Assembly (NCBI GenBank): GCA_030390025.1
Contig: CM059431.1
Span: 150,228,001 to 150,292,000 of the forward strand
Direction of reading: 5' to 3'
Length of the DNA: 64,000 nt
From: Squalus acanthias
Lineage: Eukaryota
Shown: in pieces, positions 12,701 to 25,040 of the stretch
Position numbering within the stretch: the stretch's first letter is position 1
How the letters are laid out: the number at the start of each line of letters is the position of its first letter
The notes under the pieces: generated by a model
The model's database searches: none
Seen by the model: only the letters and a program-made list of their open reading frames with translations
Told to the model about the DNA's origin: nothing
Program-made: the position numbers and the translations under genes

Positions 12701-14361
12701 CTAACCTGCTCTATTGCTTTCTCATTTCTCATTGACTTTTTATTTTCCTGCTCACCTGGATCCTCCCCGACTATTTAGTTTGAAGCCCTCTCTCAATCCT
12801 AGTTATTAGATTTGCCAGGACTCTAGCCCCAGAATCGTTGAAGTGAAGCCCGTTCAAACGGAACAGCTCCCCCTTATCCCAGTACGGGTGCCAGTGCCTC
12901 ACAATTCAAAACCCATTTCTCCCACACCAGTCTTTGAGCCACTCGTTCATTTATCTGATCTTATTTTCCCTATGCAAACTCGCTCATGGCTCATGTAGTC
13001 ATCCAGAGATTGTTACCTTTGTGGTTCTGCTTTTTTAATTAAGCCCCTAGCTGCTCTTTCAGCAGAACCTCTTTCTTTGTCCAACATATATCATTGGCAC
13101 CTACGTAGATCATGACAACTGGATCTTCCCCCTCTCACTTCAAGTTTCTCCCCAGCCCAGAGGAAATGTCCTTAACCCTGGCACCGGGCAGCCAGCACAA
13201 CTTTCTGGACTTACGCTTTCGGCTGCAGAGAACACTATTTATCCCCCTCACTATACTTTCCCCAATCACTACAACACTTCTTGTTGCTCCCTCCACTTGA
13301 ATGGCTCCCTGTACCACCTTGCTGTGGTCAGTTTGCTCCTCCTCCCTGCAGTCCCTGGCCAATTCCACACAGGGAGCAAGAATCTCGTACCTTTTAGACA
13401 AGGCCTAGGGCTGAAGCTCCTCCACCATTACCTCCTGGATCCCAATACCTGCCTCGCTTGTCGTCACACCCTCCTGTCCCTGACCATGGGCCAAATTGGA
13501 AGTTATTATTTAGTGGGTGTGACTGCCTCCTGGAGCATAGTGTCCAGGTAACGCTTCCCCTCCCTAATGTGTCGCACTGTCTGAATCTCGGACTCCAGCT
13601 CAAAACTCTGCGCCGAAGTTCCTCGAAAAGCCAACATTTGCTGCAGATGTGGTCGTCTTAACCTCAATGGTATCCACCAGCTCCCACATGCAACAACAGC
13701 ACCACATTGCATGGTCTCCGATTTCAATTAATTAATTAGTTTTAAAATTTGGAACACTTATATCTTTTAATCTACACCAAGGCACTTAAATATATAGCTT
13801 AAGTTTGGAAAAAAGGCGAGAAATAGAGAAATACTCACCAACCAATCACTTACCTGCTTTCTGGTGAGGTCACACTTCGATTACTTTTTACTTCTTTGCA
13901 CTCACTTTGTATCTCAGCGTCTCCCGCTGCTCTTGAACTCTCCCGGGTTTTGGCGCTCACGCAGTGCTCCCGCTGCTCTTGAACTCTCCCGGGTTTTGGC
14001 GCTCTCGCAGTTTTCCCGCTGCTTTTGAACTCTCCCGGGTTTTGGCGCTCTCGCTCTGCTCCCGCTGCTTTTGAACTCTCTCGGGTTTTGGCGCTCTCGC
14101 TCTGCTCCCGCTGCTTTTGAACTCTCCCGGGTTTTGGCGATATCGCTCTGCTCCCGCTGCTTTTGAACTCTCCTGGGATTTGGCGCTCTGGCTCTGCTCC
14201 CGCTGCTTTTGAAAACTCCCGGGTTTTGGCCCTCTCGCTCTGCTCCCGCTGTCTTCAACTCTCCCGTGTTTTGGCGCTCTGGCTCTGCTCCCGCTGCTTT
14301 TGAACTCTCCCGGGTTTTATCGCTGTCGCTCTGCTCCTGCTGCTTTTGAACTCTCCGGGGT
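9703..14361 (-). mobile_element. Near full-length decayed CR1 LINE (5' UTR monomers, ORF1 zinc-finger/esterase, ORF2 endonuclease + RT, 3' tail)
   Basis: ORF1-like VVVIGESIVRG...LPGARVKDI (13135-13401); EN motifs VVYRPPNS, IMGEFN, PTREQAILDLV, SDH (11951-12280); RT SGVPQGSVLGP (10659-10904); candidate TSD TATCA at 9698-9702 and 14362-14366. Confidence 0.93.
13915..14360. repeat. 46-bp tandem repeat (~10 units) at the CR1 5' end
   Basis: Unit gaactctcccgggttttggcgctctcgctctgctcccgctgctttt at 13935, 13981, 14027... Confidence 0.93.
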
Positions 14362-14789
14362 TATCAGAAGCCTCAACATTTTGAACGCTTCCATTCAATC
14401 CCCCCCTAACCTTCTCTGCTCTAAAGCGAAGTATCCTTGCTTCTCCAGTCTCTCCACATAATTGAAGTCCCTTACCCCTGGTGTCATTATGATAAATTCA
14501 CTCCACACAAGCAACAGGCAATGACCACCTCCAGCAAGAGACATTCTAAATTGCTCCATTTGACAGTCAATTGCATTTCCACCACCGAATCCTCCAGCAT
14601 CAATACCCTAGGCGTCGCTATTAATCAGAATATCAACTGGAAAAGCCACATAAATGACTATAACAGCTTATCAGAGGCTGGGGATTCTGAGGTGTGTAAC
14701 TCACCTCCTGACTCACCAAAGCATTTCCAAAACCTAAAAGGCACAAGTGAAGAGCATTATGGATTACGATCTGTAGACACCGAATGCAT

Positions 14790-15075
14790 TAGCATAGTGG
14801 TAATTTTACTGGACTAGTATTACAGAGGCCTGGACTAATAATCCGTGAGACGTGATTTCAAATCCCACCAGGGCAGCTGGGTAATTTAAATTAATTTAAC
14901 TAAATAAAATTGGAATTAAAAAGCTGTTATCTGTAAATAAGAGCATGAAATTACCGGATTGTTGGAAAAACACAACTTGTTCACTGAGGTCCTTTAAGGA
15001 AGGAGATCTGCCACCCTTACCTTGGCTGCCCTTATGTGGTTGACACTTAACTGCACTCTGAAATGGCCCAGAAAG
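14790..15075 (+). mobile_element. tRNA-derived SINE (second family)
   Basis: A-box-like catagtggta and B-box-like gatttcaaatccc; related copy on the minus strand at ~19975-20160. Confidence 0.65.
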
Positions 15076-15275
15076 CCACTCAGTTGCATCAAACTCAGAC
15101 ACTTTGGGGGTATCTTAAATTCAAGGACTGAAGCGTTTCAAGAAGGCGGCTCACCGCCACCTTCTCACGGACAATTAGGAAGTGGCTTGACTTGCCAGTG
15201 ATGCCCACATTCCGTGAATGAATCAATAAATAAAAACCACGAACCTTTCTCAAAATTAAGGATAATTAAACATAA

Positions 15276-16001
15276 TGGGCCGAATATTGATCCCGGTGCG
15301 CGAGAGTACGCACTGCGTACTCTCGCGTATTCCCACTCCAATTGCCGGTTTTCTGCATGCCCTGCGCATGCGCTGAAAACCGGCAATTGCTCTTCTGAAA
15401 AGGGGGCGGGTCCTCGGTACATCGCGTGCGCGCTACAGGCTGCGCGCACGCTGTGCACTTCATGCTTTGGACGCGCAGGTAAGTAGGGAAGATTTTGGAA
15501 ATGTAAAAAGGAGGAGTAAGACCCGCTTTTAAGAAGTTAAGTGGTGAATTAAGTATTTTTTTGCATTTTTTTTACAGGTATATCTTTTTTAGAGACTTTA
15601 TTTTTATAACTTTTTAAAAGATTTTAAATTTTTTCAAAAAATTAATTTTTTATTTAAAATGGTTAATTTAATTAACTATACTTATTTTATTAGTGTGATG
15701 GTTTTTTTAAAATTTAATTGAGGTTTAGCTGTTATTTTGGGGGGTGTAAGATTCATAGATTGCACAGCAGGTCTGTGAAACTTATGAATGGAAGATGGTG
15801 TGCTGCCATTGGCTCTAACTGAGTCACGTGATCCCACAGCTCGCACGAATTCACTGCGCCGCTGGGATACGCAAGCCCAGCACAGCTGATGTCTGGAACA
15901 TCAAGTTCGTGCGAGCTGGATCTGAAAAAGCACAAGCGAGGTGAGACAACGCGAGGAATGCTTACCCCCGCGGGAACAGAGCGAGATCAATTTCTGGGCC
16001 A
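15276..16001. mobile_element. Non-autonomous DNA transposon (MITE-like, possibly PIF/Harbinger), copy 1
   Basis: Imperfect 17-bp TIRs (TGGGCCGAATATTGATC / rc TGGCCCAGAAATTGATC), TAA/TTA flanks, no coding capacity, second copy at 21645-22387. Confidence 0.8.
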
Positions 16002-16207
16002 TTAAAACTAAGTTCTGCAAAACAAGCAGGTTCTAAGGGATCATATTCAGGACAAGATTACAATCTGTGTTCGAACATTAATTGTCTAAGAATCTGTAAG
16101 GACAGATATGAGGTCCGAGAATTTCCGGTCCGAAACCATCTGTTTTTTGCCTTCGCTTGAGAGGGAGTTCCACACCCTTGAGCTTTCACCGTTTTTTCTC
16201 CATAAAA

Positions 16208-16830
16208 CGCCTGTGTGACTGGGTTTGTCTCTTAAAAAAATCTATGTGTCTGGTCCTTTTTCTTGATAAAGTTTTTCTCAGTGTTTCTGATTCATTAAAA
16301 AGGCTGTGTGGCTGGTCCTGTCTCTTTAAAAAGCCTGTATGACTGGTCCTGTCTCTTTAAAAATGCCTCCTTGTCTGGTGCTGGCTCTTTAAAAAGCCTT
16401 TGTGACTGGTCCTGTCTCTTTAAAATATCTGTATGACAGGTACTATCTCTTTGTAAAACCTGTGTGACTGGACTTGTCTCTTTATAAAGCCTTTGTGACC
16501 AGTCCTGTATCTATACAATTCCTGAGTGAATAGTCCTGTCTCGTTAAAATCCTAAGTGAATGGTCCTGTAACCTTAAAAAGCTTGAGTGACTCGTTCAGT
16601 CTCTTTAAATAGCCTATGTGACTGTTCCTGCTTCTTTATAAAGGCTCTGCGACTGGTCCTGTCTCTTTAAAAACGAATGTGTTTTGTCCTGTCTCTTAAA
16701 GAAGTCTGTGTTACTGATCCTGTCTCTTTAATAAACATTGTGACTCGTTCTATCTGCTTAAAAAGCCTGTGTGACTGGTCCTGTCTGATAAAGAAGCCTG
16801 TGTGACTGCTGTGTCTTTAACTGGTGTGAC
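16208..16830. repeat. Diverged ~31-bp minisatellite (gcctgtgtgactggtcctgtctctttaaaaa)n
   Basis: About 20 degenerate units visible. Confidence 0.9.
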
Positions 16831-16859
16831 AGATCAGGCAGGACCTCATAATTCATTTT

Positions 16860-19800
16860 CGGGCCCTGCTCTCATCTGCCAAAACTGCTCAGTATTCCAC
16901 AATCATTCTGGAATGCAAAGATAAATTCCGGCTCGTATTCTCTAATGCTAACCGTCTTCTTAAACCCCTCTCCCTTGTGCCGCCCACCCTCACCTCCGAT
17001 AACAAGTGTATGGAGCTCATGGACTTCTTGTCTCTAAGATTGAGACCACCCGTTAAGCTGCGTCTGCCACTTTCCTTCCTTCCTCTAGCCCACTGGGCCA
17101 AACTTGCTCTATAGTTCCCCCCTGCACTAGCCCTGAACTAAGAACATAAGAACATAATAACATAAGAAATAGGAGCAGGAGTAGGCCATACGGCAGTTCG
17201 ATTCTGCTCCGCCATTCAATAAGATCATGGCTGATCTTCTGCCTCAACTCCATTCACCGGCGTTATCGCCATATCCCTTGATGTCATTAGTTGTCAGAAA
17301 TCTGGCGACTTATGATTTGAATATACCCAATGATTGAGCTCCATAGCCCTCTGGGGTAGAGAATTCCAAATATACATCACCCTCTGTGTGAAGAAATTAC
17401 TTCTCATCTCAGTCCTGAATGGCCTGCCCTTTATCCTCAGGCTGTGGCCCCTGGTTCTAAAATCCCCAGCAAAGGGAAACATTCACCAAGCATTTAGCAT
17501 ATCAAGCCCTGTAATAATTTTGTATGCTTCAATGAGATCCCCTCTCATTCTTCAGAATTCAAGTGAATACAGGCCTAGTTTACTCAATCTCTTCTCATAC
17601 AACAGTCCTGCCATCCCAGCAATCAATGTCGTGAACCTTCGTTGCACTCGCTCTATGACAAGTATATCCTTCCTTAGATAAGAAGACCAAAATTGTACAC
17701 AGTACTCCAGGTGTGGTTTCAACAAGGCCCAATATAATTGGAGTAGGACTTCTTTACTCCTGTACCCAAATGCTCTTGTAATGAAGGCCAGCATACCATT
17801 TGCCTTGCTAATGGCTTGCTGCACCTGCACAGTCACTTTCAGTGACTCATGTACAAGGACACCCAGGTCCCATTGAGCATGCATTCCCCAATCTTTCACC
17901 ATTTTGGAAATGCTCTGCATTTCTGTTTCTCATACCAAAGTTGTGAACTTCACACTTATCCACGCTATATTCCATCTTCCATATCCTCGCACACTCGCTG
18001 AGCCTTTCGAAATCCCCTTGAAGACTCTTCATAACCTCTTCACAACTGACACTGCCACCTAGCTATGTATCATCAGCAAATTTGGAAATTTGCAAATTTA
18101 TTTCCCTCATCCAAATCATCCATATAGATTGTGAATAGCTGGGACCCAAGAACTGATCCTTGCGTTACCCTACTAGTCATAGCATGCCATCCTGAAAAAG
18201 ACCCGTTTATTCCTACTCTTTGTTTTCTCTCTGTTAACCAATTATCAATCCATGCAAGTATATTACCCCCCCCTAATTCCAACTCACAACTTTTTCCAGT
18301 TTTTCTCTGATTTCCCATCATGACCTCTCCGCGCTCAACTTGTCCATGAGACCCACGTCCCCCTCCCTCTACCCTATTCCCAGCAAACTGCTGACCACCC
18401 AAATTCCTTTTAACCTCCCATGTTAGCTGACGTTGTTATCGATTCTCTCTCCTCAGATAATGTCCCCCTATTATTCAAAACTGCCGTCAGAACCCCTCTA
18501 CTCAATAAAGGACCCTTGACCCCACCGGCCTTGCAAACTACCGCCACATTTCCAACTCTCTTTCCTCTCCATATCCATTGAATGTGTCCAAATACGTGCC
18601 TATCTTTCCTGCAATTCCTTGTTTGAATCCCTCCAATCAGGCTTCCGCCATGGCCTCATTGCCGAAACCGCTCGCATCAAAATCACAAATGACGTCCTTT
18701 GTGACTGTCACAAAGGTAAACTATCCCTCATCGTCCTTCTTGACTTGTCTGCAGCCTTTGACAAGTTTGACGACTTCATCCTTCTCCAACGCCGCTCCAC
18801 CGTCGACCAGCTGCGTGGGACTGCATTCTCCTGGTTCCATTCTTATCTATCTAATCGTAGCCAGAGAATCACATGCAACGATTTTATCTTCCCGCTCCCG
18901 CATCGTTACTCTGGTGTCCCCCAAGGATCTATCCTCGGCCCCCTCCTGTTTCTCATACACGTTACCACTTGGCGACATCATCGGAAAACAGCGTTAGTTT
19001 CCACATGTACGCTGACGACACCCAGGTCTACGTCACTACTTCTTCTCTCGGCTGTTTGTTATACATATAGTTCTGGATGAGCAGACATTTTCTCGAATTA
19101 ATTATTGTTTGGACCGATGCCATTGTTTTTGGCCCCTGCCACAAACTCTGCTCCCTAGCCACTAACTCCATCCCTCTCCCTCATATTTTTGTGAGGCTGA
19201 TCCACACTGTTCGCAACCTTGGTGTCGTATTTGACCCTGAAATGAGCTTCCGAACACATATCTGCAGCATAACTAATAGCGCCTATTTCCACCTCCGTAA
19301 CGTCGACCGTCTGCACACCTGCCTGAGTACATCCACTGGTGAAACCCTCATCCATGCCTTTGTTACATCTAGACTTGAATATTAAAATGCACTCCTGGCT
19401 GGCCTCCCATATTTTAACCCTACGGAAATTTGAGGTCATACAAAACACGGCTGCACTTATCCTAAATCAACCAAGTTCCGTTCGCCCATCCCCCATGCTC
19501 TCGCTGAACTAGATTGACTCCTGGTTAAGCAGCGCCTCGATTTAAATTTTCTGATCCATTTTTTAAAATTCCTCCATGGCCTCGCCTCTCCCTATCTCTT
19601 TAATCTTCTTCACCACAACCCGCCCGCCCAGCCCAACCCGCCCTGCCCCGCCCATCGAGATATCTGCTCTGCTCTAATTCTGCCCTCTTGAGCATTCCTG
19701 ATGATAATCGCTCACCCATTGGTGGCCTTGCCTTCTGTTGTCTAGGCCCTAACCTCTGGAATTCCCTGCCTAAACCTCTCCGGCTCGCTAACTCCCTTTC

Positions 19801-19968
19801 CTTCTTAAAGAGGCACATTGAAATCTACCTCTTTCACCAAGCTTTAGGTCACCTGCCCTAAATTCTTCTTACGTGGCTTGGTGTCATTTTTTTTGTCTCA
19901 TAATACTCCTGTGCAGCGCCTGGTGACGTTTTACTACGTTAAATGCGCTATATAACAAGTTGTTGTTA
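16860..19968 (+). mobile_element. L2-clade LINE (RT and 3' end), split by a CR1 insertion
   Basis: FESLQSGFRHG, LLDLSAAFD, SGVPQGSILGPLLF, HMYADDTQ, ETLIHAFVTSRLEY; L2-type tail gcgctatataacaagttgttgtt. Confidence 0.92.
17140..18280 (-). mobile_element. CR1 3' fragment inserted in the L2
   Basis: RT C-terminal ORF 17552-17920; (AAGAACAT)n tail; AACT duplicated at 17136-17139 and 18281-18284. Confidence 0.92.
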
Positions 19969-20519
19969 AAGAAGACCAGCTGGGTTTTTACTCCAATCCG
20001 GTAGTTTCGTGGTCACCATTACTTACATTAACTTTATATTCCAGCTTTGTTTAATTAATTGAGTTCAATTTCCCCAGCTGTTGGGATTGGAACTCAGGGT
20101 TAATCGTCCGGGCATCTGGTATACTAGTCCAGCAACATAACCACTATGCTACCGTACCCTTCAAATATATCGCCGTTCCTTCATCGTCACTTGGTCAAAA
20201 GTCTGAAATTCCTTCCGTAATTGTACAGTGGGAGCACCTCCACCTCACGGAATGCAGCGGCTCCAGATGAAGGCCCACCATTTTATCATTGGTAACGAGG
20301 GAGGGCAAATAATACCGGCCTTGACAGCGCCACCTATATATCTAAATGTGAATAATAAAATGGGAATAATGTCAATTATTTTGTAATTAATTAATTGAAA
20401 CCAGGCGTGACATATGATCCATGCGGACGTCATGCTTCGCTAAACAAATTGTCAAAGCAACTTGGCTCATCAATTCTATGATTTTATGATTGATACTACT
20501 CACACTTTCCAAATTCCCC

Positions 20520-21285
20520 TATCTTTTCAAAAAGTGTTTGATAAATTAGCACATAATATCAAAATTGAATCCCATTGGATTAAAGGGGCAGTGGCAACAT
20601 GGCTCGGAAATTGTCTAAGAGACAGAAAGTAGTGGTAAACGATTGTTTTTCAGACTGGTGGGAAATATAAATTGGCGTTCCCCAGGTTTCTGTATTGGGA
20701 CCATTCCTCTTTTCATGTCTATCAATACCATGGACTTGGTTATACAGCACGTAATTTTAATGCTTGCAGATGATAGAAACCAAGGAAATGTTAATTAACA
20801 GTGTGAAGGTAGTAACAGACTTGAGGAGCACATAGATAGATTGGTGAATTGGGCAGTTACATGGCAGAAACAATGTAATACAGAGAAGTGTGAAGTGATA
20901 CATTTTGGTAGGAAGTATGAGCAGAGGCAATATAAACTAAACGGTACAATTTTAAAGTGGGTGCACGATCAGACAGACCTGGGGAGTATTGTGCAAATTG
21001 CTGAAGGTGCGACAGCTGCGAGTAAAACATACTGAGTCCTTGGCTTTACAAACAGAGTTACAAAGTAATACAATCCAGGAAGAAATGCTAACCTTTTCTA
21101 AATCACTGGTTTGGCCCCAGCTGGAGAATTGTGTCCAATTCTGGGCACCACACTTTGTAAAGCATGTCAAGGATTAGAGAAGTGTAGGGATTTACCAGAA
21201 TGGTACCAGGGATCTGGGACATCAGTTACGTGGATAGACTGGAGAAGCTGGGATTGTTCTTTTTACAGCAGCGAAGGTTAAGCAA
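20520..21285 (+). mobile_element. Old decayed CR1 RT fragment
   Basis: KCEVIHFGRK and LVWPQLENCVQFWAPH motifs. Confidence 0.85.
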
Positions 21286-21286
21286 C

Positions 21287-23630
21287 ATAGAATTATAGAA
21301 TCATAGTAATGTACGGCACAGAAGGAGGCCATTCGGCCCATCGTGTCTGTTCTGGTCGCAAAAGAGCTATCCAGACTGACCCCACTCTCCAGCTCTTGGT
21401 CTGTAACCTTGCAAGTTGTGGCAATTCAAATGCACATACCAGTACCTTTTAATGTGATGAGCGTTTCTGCCTCTACCACTCTTTCAGGCAATGAGTTCCA
21501 GACTCCCACCACCCACTTCGTAAAAGGAATTCACAACTCCCATCGAATCCTTCTACCAATAACGTTACATCTATGCCCCTCGTTATTGACCTCTCTGCTG
21601 ATGGAAATAGGTGCTTCCCATCAACTCCATCCAAGCCTCTATTATAGGCCAAAAATTCATCCCGCGACGCGAGAGTACGCACTGCGTACTCTCGCGTATT
21701 CTCTCTCCAATTGCCGGTTTTCTGCATGCCCTGCGCATGCGCTGAAAACCGGCACATGGTCTTTTGAAAAGGGGGCGGTTCCTCGGTGCATCGCGTGCGC
21801 GCTACAGGCTGCGCGCACGCTGTGCACTTAGTGCTTTGGACGCGCAGGTAAGTACGGAAGATTTTAGAAATGGAAAAAGGAGGAGTAAGACCCACTTTTA
21901 ACAAGGTAAGTAGTGAATTAAGTATTTTTTTGAATTTTTTTTAACAGGTATATCTTTTTTAGAGACTTTAAAGACAGGTAAGTTTATTTTTATAACTTTT
22001 TAAAAGATTTTAAATTTTTTCAAAAATTTAATTTTTTATTTAAAATGGTTAATTTATTTAACTATACTTATTTTATTAACGTGATGTTTTTTTTTAATTT
22101 AATTGAGGTTTAGCTGTTATTTTGGGGGGGTGTAAGATTCATAGATTTCTCTGCACGTATGTGAAACTTATGAATGGAAGATGGTGTGCTGCCATTGGCT
22201 CTAACTGAGTCACGTGATCCCACAGCTCGCACGAATTCACTGCGCCGGTGGGATACGCAAGCACTGCCCAGCTGATGTCTGGAACATCAAGTTCGTGCGA
22301 GCTGGATCTGAAAAAGCACAAGCGGAGTGAAAGATCGCGTGGAAGCCTTACCCCCGCGGGAACAGAGCGAGATCAATTTCTGGGCCATAATTTTATGCAC
22401 TTTAATTAAATCTTCCCTCAGCCTCCTCTGCTCCAAAGAAAGCAGCCCCAGCCTGTGCAATATTTCCACATAGCTAAAATTATCCATTCCTGGCAACATC
22501 CTCGTAAATCTCTTCTGTGCCCTCTCTTGTGCAATCACATCTTCCTGTAAAGTAACCAGAAATGTACGCAATATTCTAGCTGTGGCCTAACTGGTGTTTT
22601 TTTACAGTTCTGGCATTACCTCTATGCTGTTACACTATATGCCTCGGCTAATAAAAGAGATTATCCAGTATACCTTCTCAACCACTTATTTTCCTGTCCT
22701 GCTACCTTCTTTGGACATGCACATTAGTGTCCCTCTGTTCCTCTACAATTCTCAGTATCCTACCATTTGTTGTGTATTCCCTTGCTTTGTTAGAGCTCCC
22801 CACTTCCTCGGATTGAATTCCTTATGCAACTTTTCTCCCCAACTGACCAGTCCATTGATATCTTCCTGCAGTCTACAGCTTTCTTCCTCACTGCCAAACA
22901 CATGACCAATTTTTGTAGCAACTGCAAACTTTTTAATCATGCCCCCTATATTGAGATCTAAATCATTGATGCATACCAGAAAAAGCAAGGCACCTGGCAC
23001 TAAGAGCTGCAGAATCCCACTGGAAACAGCCTTCCAGTCACAAAAACACCCATCGATCATTACACTTTGCTTCCTGCCATTGAGACAATTTTGAATCCAA
23101 CTTGCCACTGTCCCTTGGATCTCATGGGCTTTTACTTTTTTGACCAACCTGTCATTTGAAACCTTGTCAAACGCCTAGCTAATATCTATGTGGACTACAT
23201 CAAATACACTACCCTCATCGACCCTCCTCGTTAGCTCCTCAAAAAATGCAATCTAGTCTCTCAGAAACAACATTCTCTTGCCTCTCTTAACAGCCTCGGA
23301 TACATTTCATCCGGGCCTGGCAATTTATCTGCTTTCAAATATGCAAAACCTCTTAATACTTCCTCTTTCTCTATGCTAAGCTCATGTAATAGTTCACGCA
23401 CTTCCTCTTTAACTACAAAGTCTGCATTATTCCTGTTTTCTGTGATGAGAGATGCAAAGCAATCCTTAACAGCCATACCCATGTATTTCACTTCAACACA
23501 GGTTTATTTTTGTTTTCTAATAGGCCTTACTCTTTCCTTAGTTATCCTCTTGCTCTTTATCTGTTTATGAAATATATTTGTTTTTTTCTTGACGTAATTG
23601 GTTAATATTTTTTTCATCCCCTCTCTTTGA
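21287..23630 (-). mobile_element. Decayed CR1 (ORF2 and 3' end), host of MITE copy 2
   Basis: RT fragments 22752-23147, 22287-22571 and 23261-23491; tail (catagaat)n near 21287-21305. Confidence 0.88.
21645..22387. mobile_element. MITE-like element, copy 2
   Basis: Colinear and highly similar to 15276-16001; TTA/TAA flanks; removing it restores the host CR1 sequence (...cctctataattttatgc...). Confidence 0.82.
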
Positions 23631-24038
23631 TTTCACTGAGACATGGCTACCGAAAAATAAGGACTGAGAATGAAATATTGCTGGTTATGACATATTTAGA
23701 AAATATGGAAAGAGGGAAAAAGGGGAGGTGGAGTAGCTGTACTTATTAGGGATAACATAATGGCATTAGATAAAAGTGACGCAGGTATCAGCAAGACAGA
23801 AATATAAAAAAAGTGGATATAGATTAAATATTTTAAAGGACCAATCACACTAATAGGGGTTGTCAAGATACCACCTAATATTGGAAGAGAGGTGGAGGAA
23901 GAAATATGAAGACAAATTAGGGAAATTAGTAAAAAACAAAGAAAAATAATCATGGGGGCTTTCAAATACCCAGATATTAATTGGACAAATGAGGCAGGTA
24001 AAGCGAATAAGAGAATGGGTCTGCAACAAAGTGTACAA

Positions 24039-25040
24039 GTTCCACTTGTCCTCACCTTTCACCCCACCAGCCTTTACATTCAACGGATCATCCTCCGCCA
24101 TTTCCGCCACGTTCAACGTGATCCCACCACCAAACGTATCTTCCCCTCACCTCCCCTTTCAGCATTCCGTAGGGACCGTTCCCTCCGAGACACCCTAGTC
24201 CACTCCTCTATCACCCCCAGCACCCCTTCCCCTTCACCCGGCGCCTTCCCGTGCAAGCGCAGGAGATGCAAAACCTGCCCTTATACATCCCCCCTTCCCA
24301 CTCTCCAGGGCCCCAAACACCCCTTCCAGGTGAAACAGCGATTTACTTGTACTTCTTGCAATTTAGTATACTGTATTCGCTGCTCACGATGTGGTCTCCT
24401 CTTTATTGCGGAGACCAAACGCAGATTGGGTGACCGCTTAGCGGAACACCTCCGTTCAGTCCACAAGGATGACCCCGAGCTTCCGGTCGCATGTCATTTT
24501 AATTTACCCCTCCACGCTCACTCAGACCTCACCGTCCTCAGCGTAAGCTCCAGGAACAGCACCTCATCTTTCGTTTAAGCACTTTACAGCCATCCGGACT
24601 CATTATCGATTTCAACAATTTCAGATGATAACCCAGGCCCCGACCACATATGTATGCATTTTATCCACTCTTTTGGTCCGTGCCTTTTTCCTTTTTTTTA
24701 TCTCTCGCCCCCAAGGCCGCTGTCTCTGATTCTGCCAGCATTTCACACATAACCTTTTGTTTCTCATCCTGTCCCATTACCATCTAGTCTTGCCTTGAGC
24801 ATCTCTTAATGTCTCTACTTACTATAGACCATCCCTTTTGTTCGTTTATTCCTCCCCCCAGCATCCCCCTTGCATTGTTATCTGTTTATTTCCTGCTCTT
24901 TCAGTTCCGACGAAGGGTTTCGACCGGAAACGTTGACTCTCTTTCTCTCTCCACGGATGTTGTCTGGCCTGCTGAGTTTTTCCAGCGTTTTCTGTTGTTA
25001 TTTCGGATTTCCAGCATCCGCAGTAGTTTGCTATCATAAT
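24039..25040 (+). mobile_element. Penelope-like element family A 3' portion (RT thumb end, GIY-YIG, 3' UTR, hammerhead)
   Basis: VPLVLTFHP...CKRRRCKTC...FTCTSCNLVYCIRCSRCGLLFIAETKRRLGDRLAEH; 8-bp TSD GTGTACAA at 24031-24038 and 25041-25048. Confidence 0.93.
24903..24938 (+). ncRNA. Minimal type-I hammerhead ribozyme motif (family A), core mutated
   Basis: agtt-CCGACGA-stem II-GAAAcgtt-gact; CUGA changed to CCGA. Confidence 0.65.

Noticed and set aside
15214..15486. ORFs shared by the two MITE copies
   Set aside because: Short, start in unrelated flanks, arise from GC-rich palindromes, no transposase motifs
23952..24578. 208-aa ORF as a novel endonuclease fusion gene
   Set aside because: Chance in-frame junction of a dead CR1 endonuclease and a truncated, frameshifted Penelope insert bounded by a TSD
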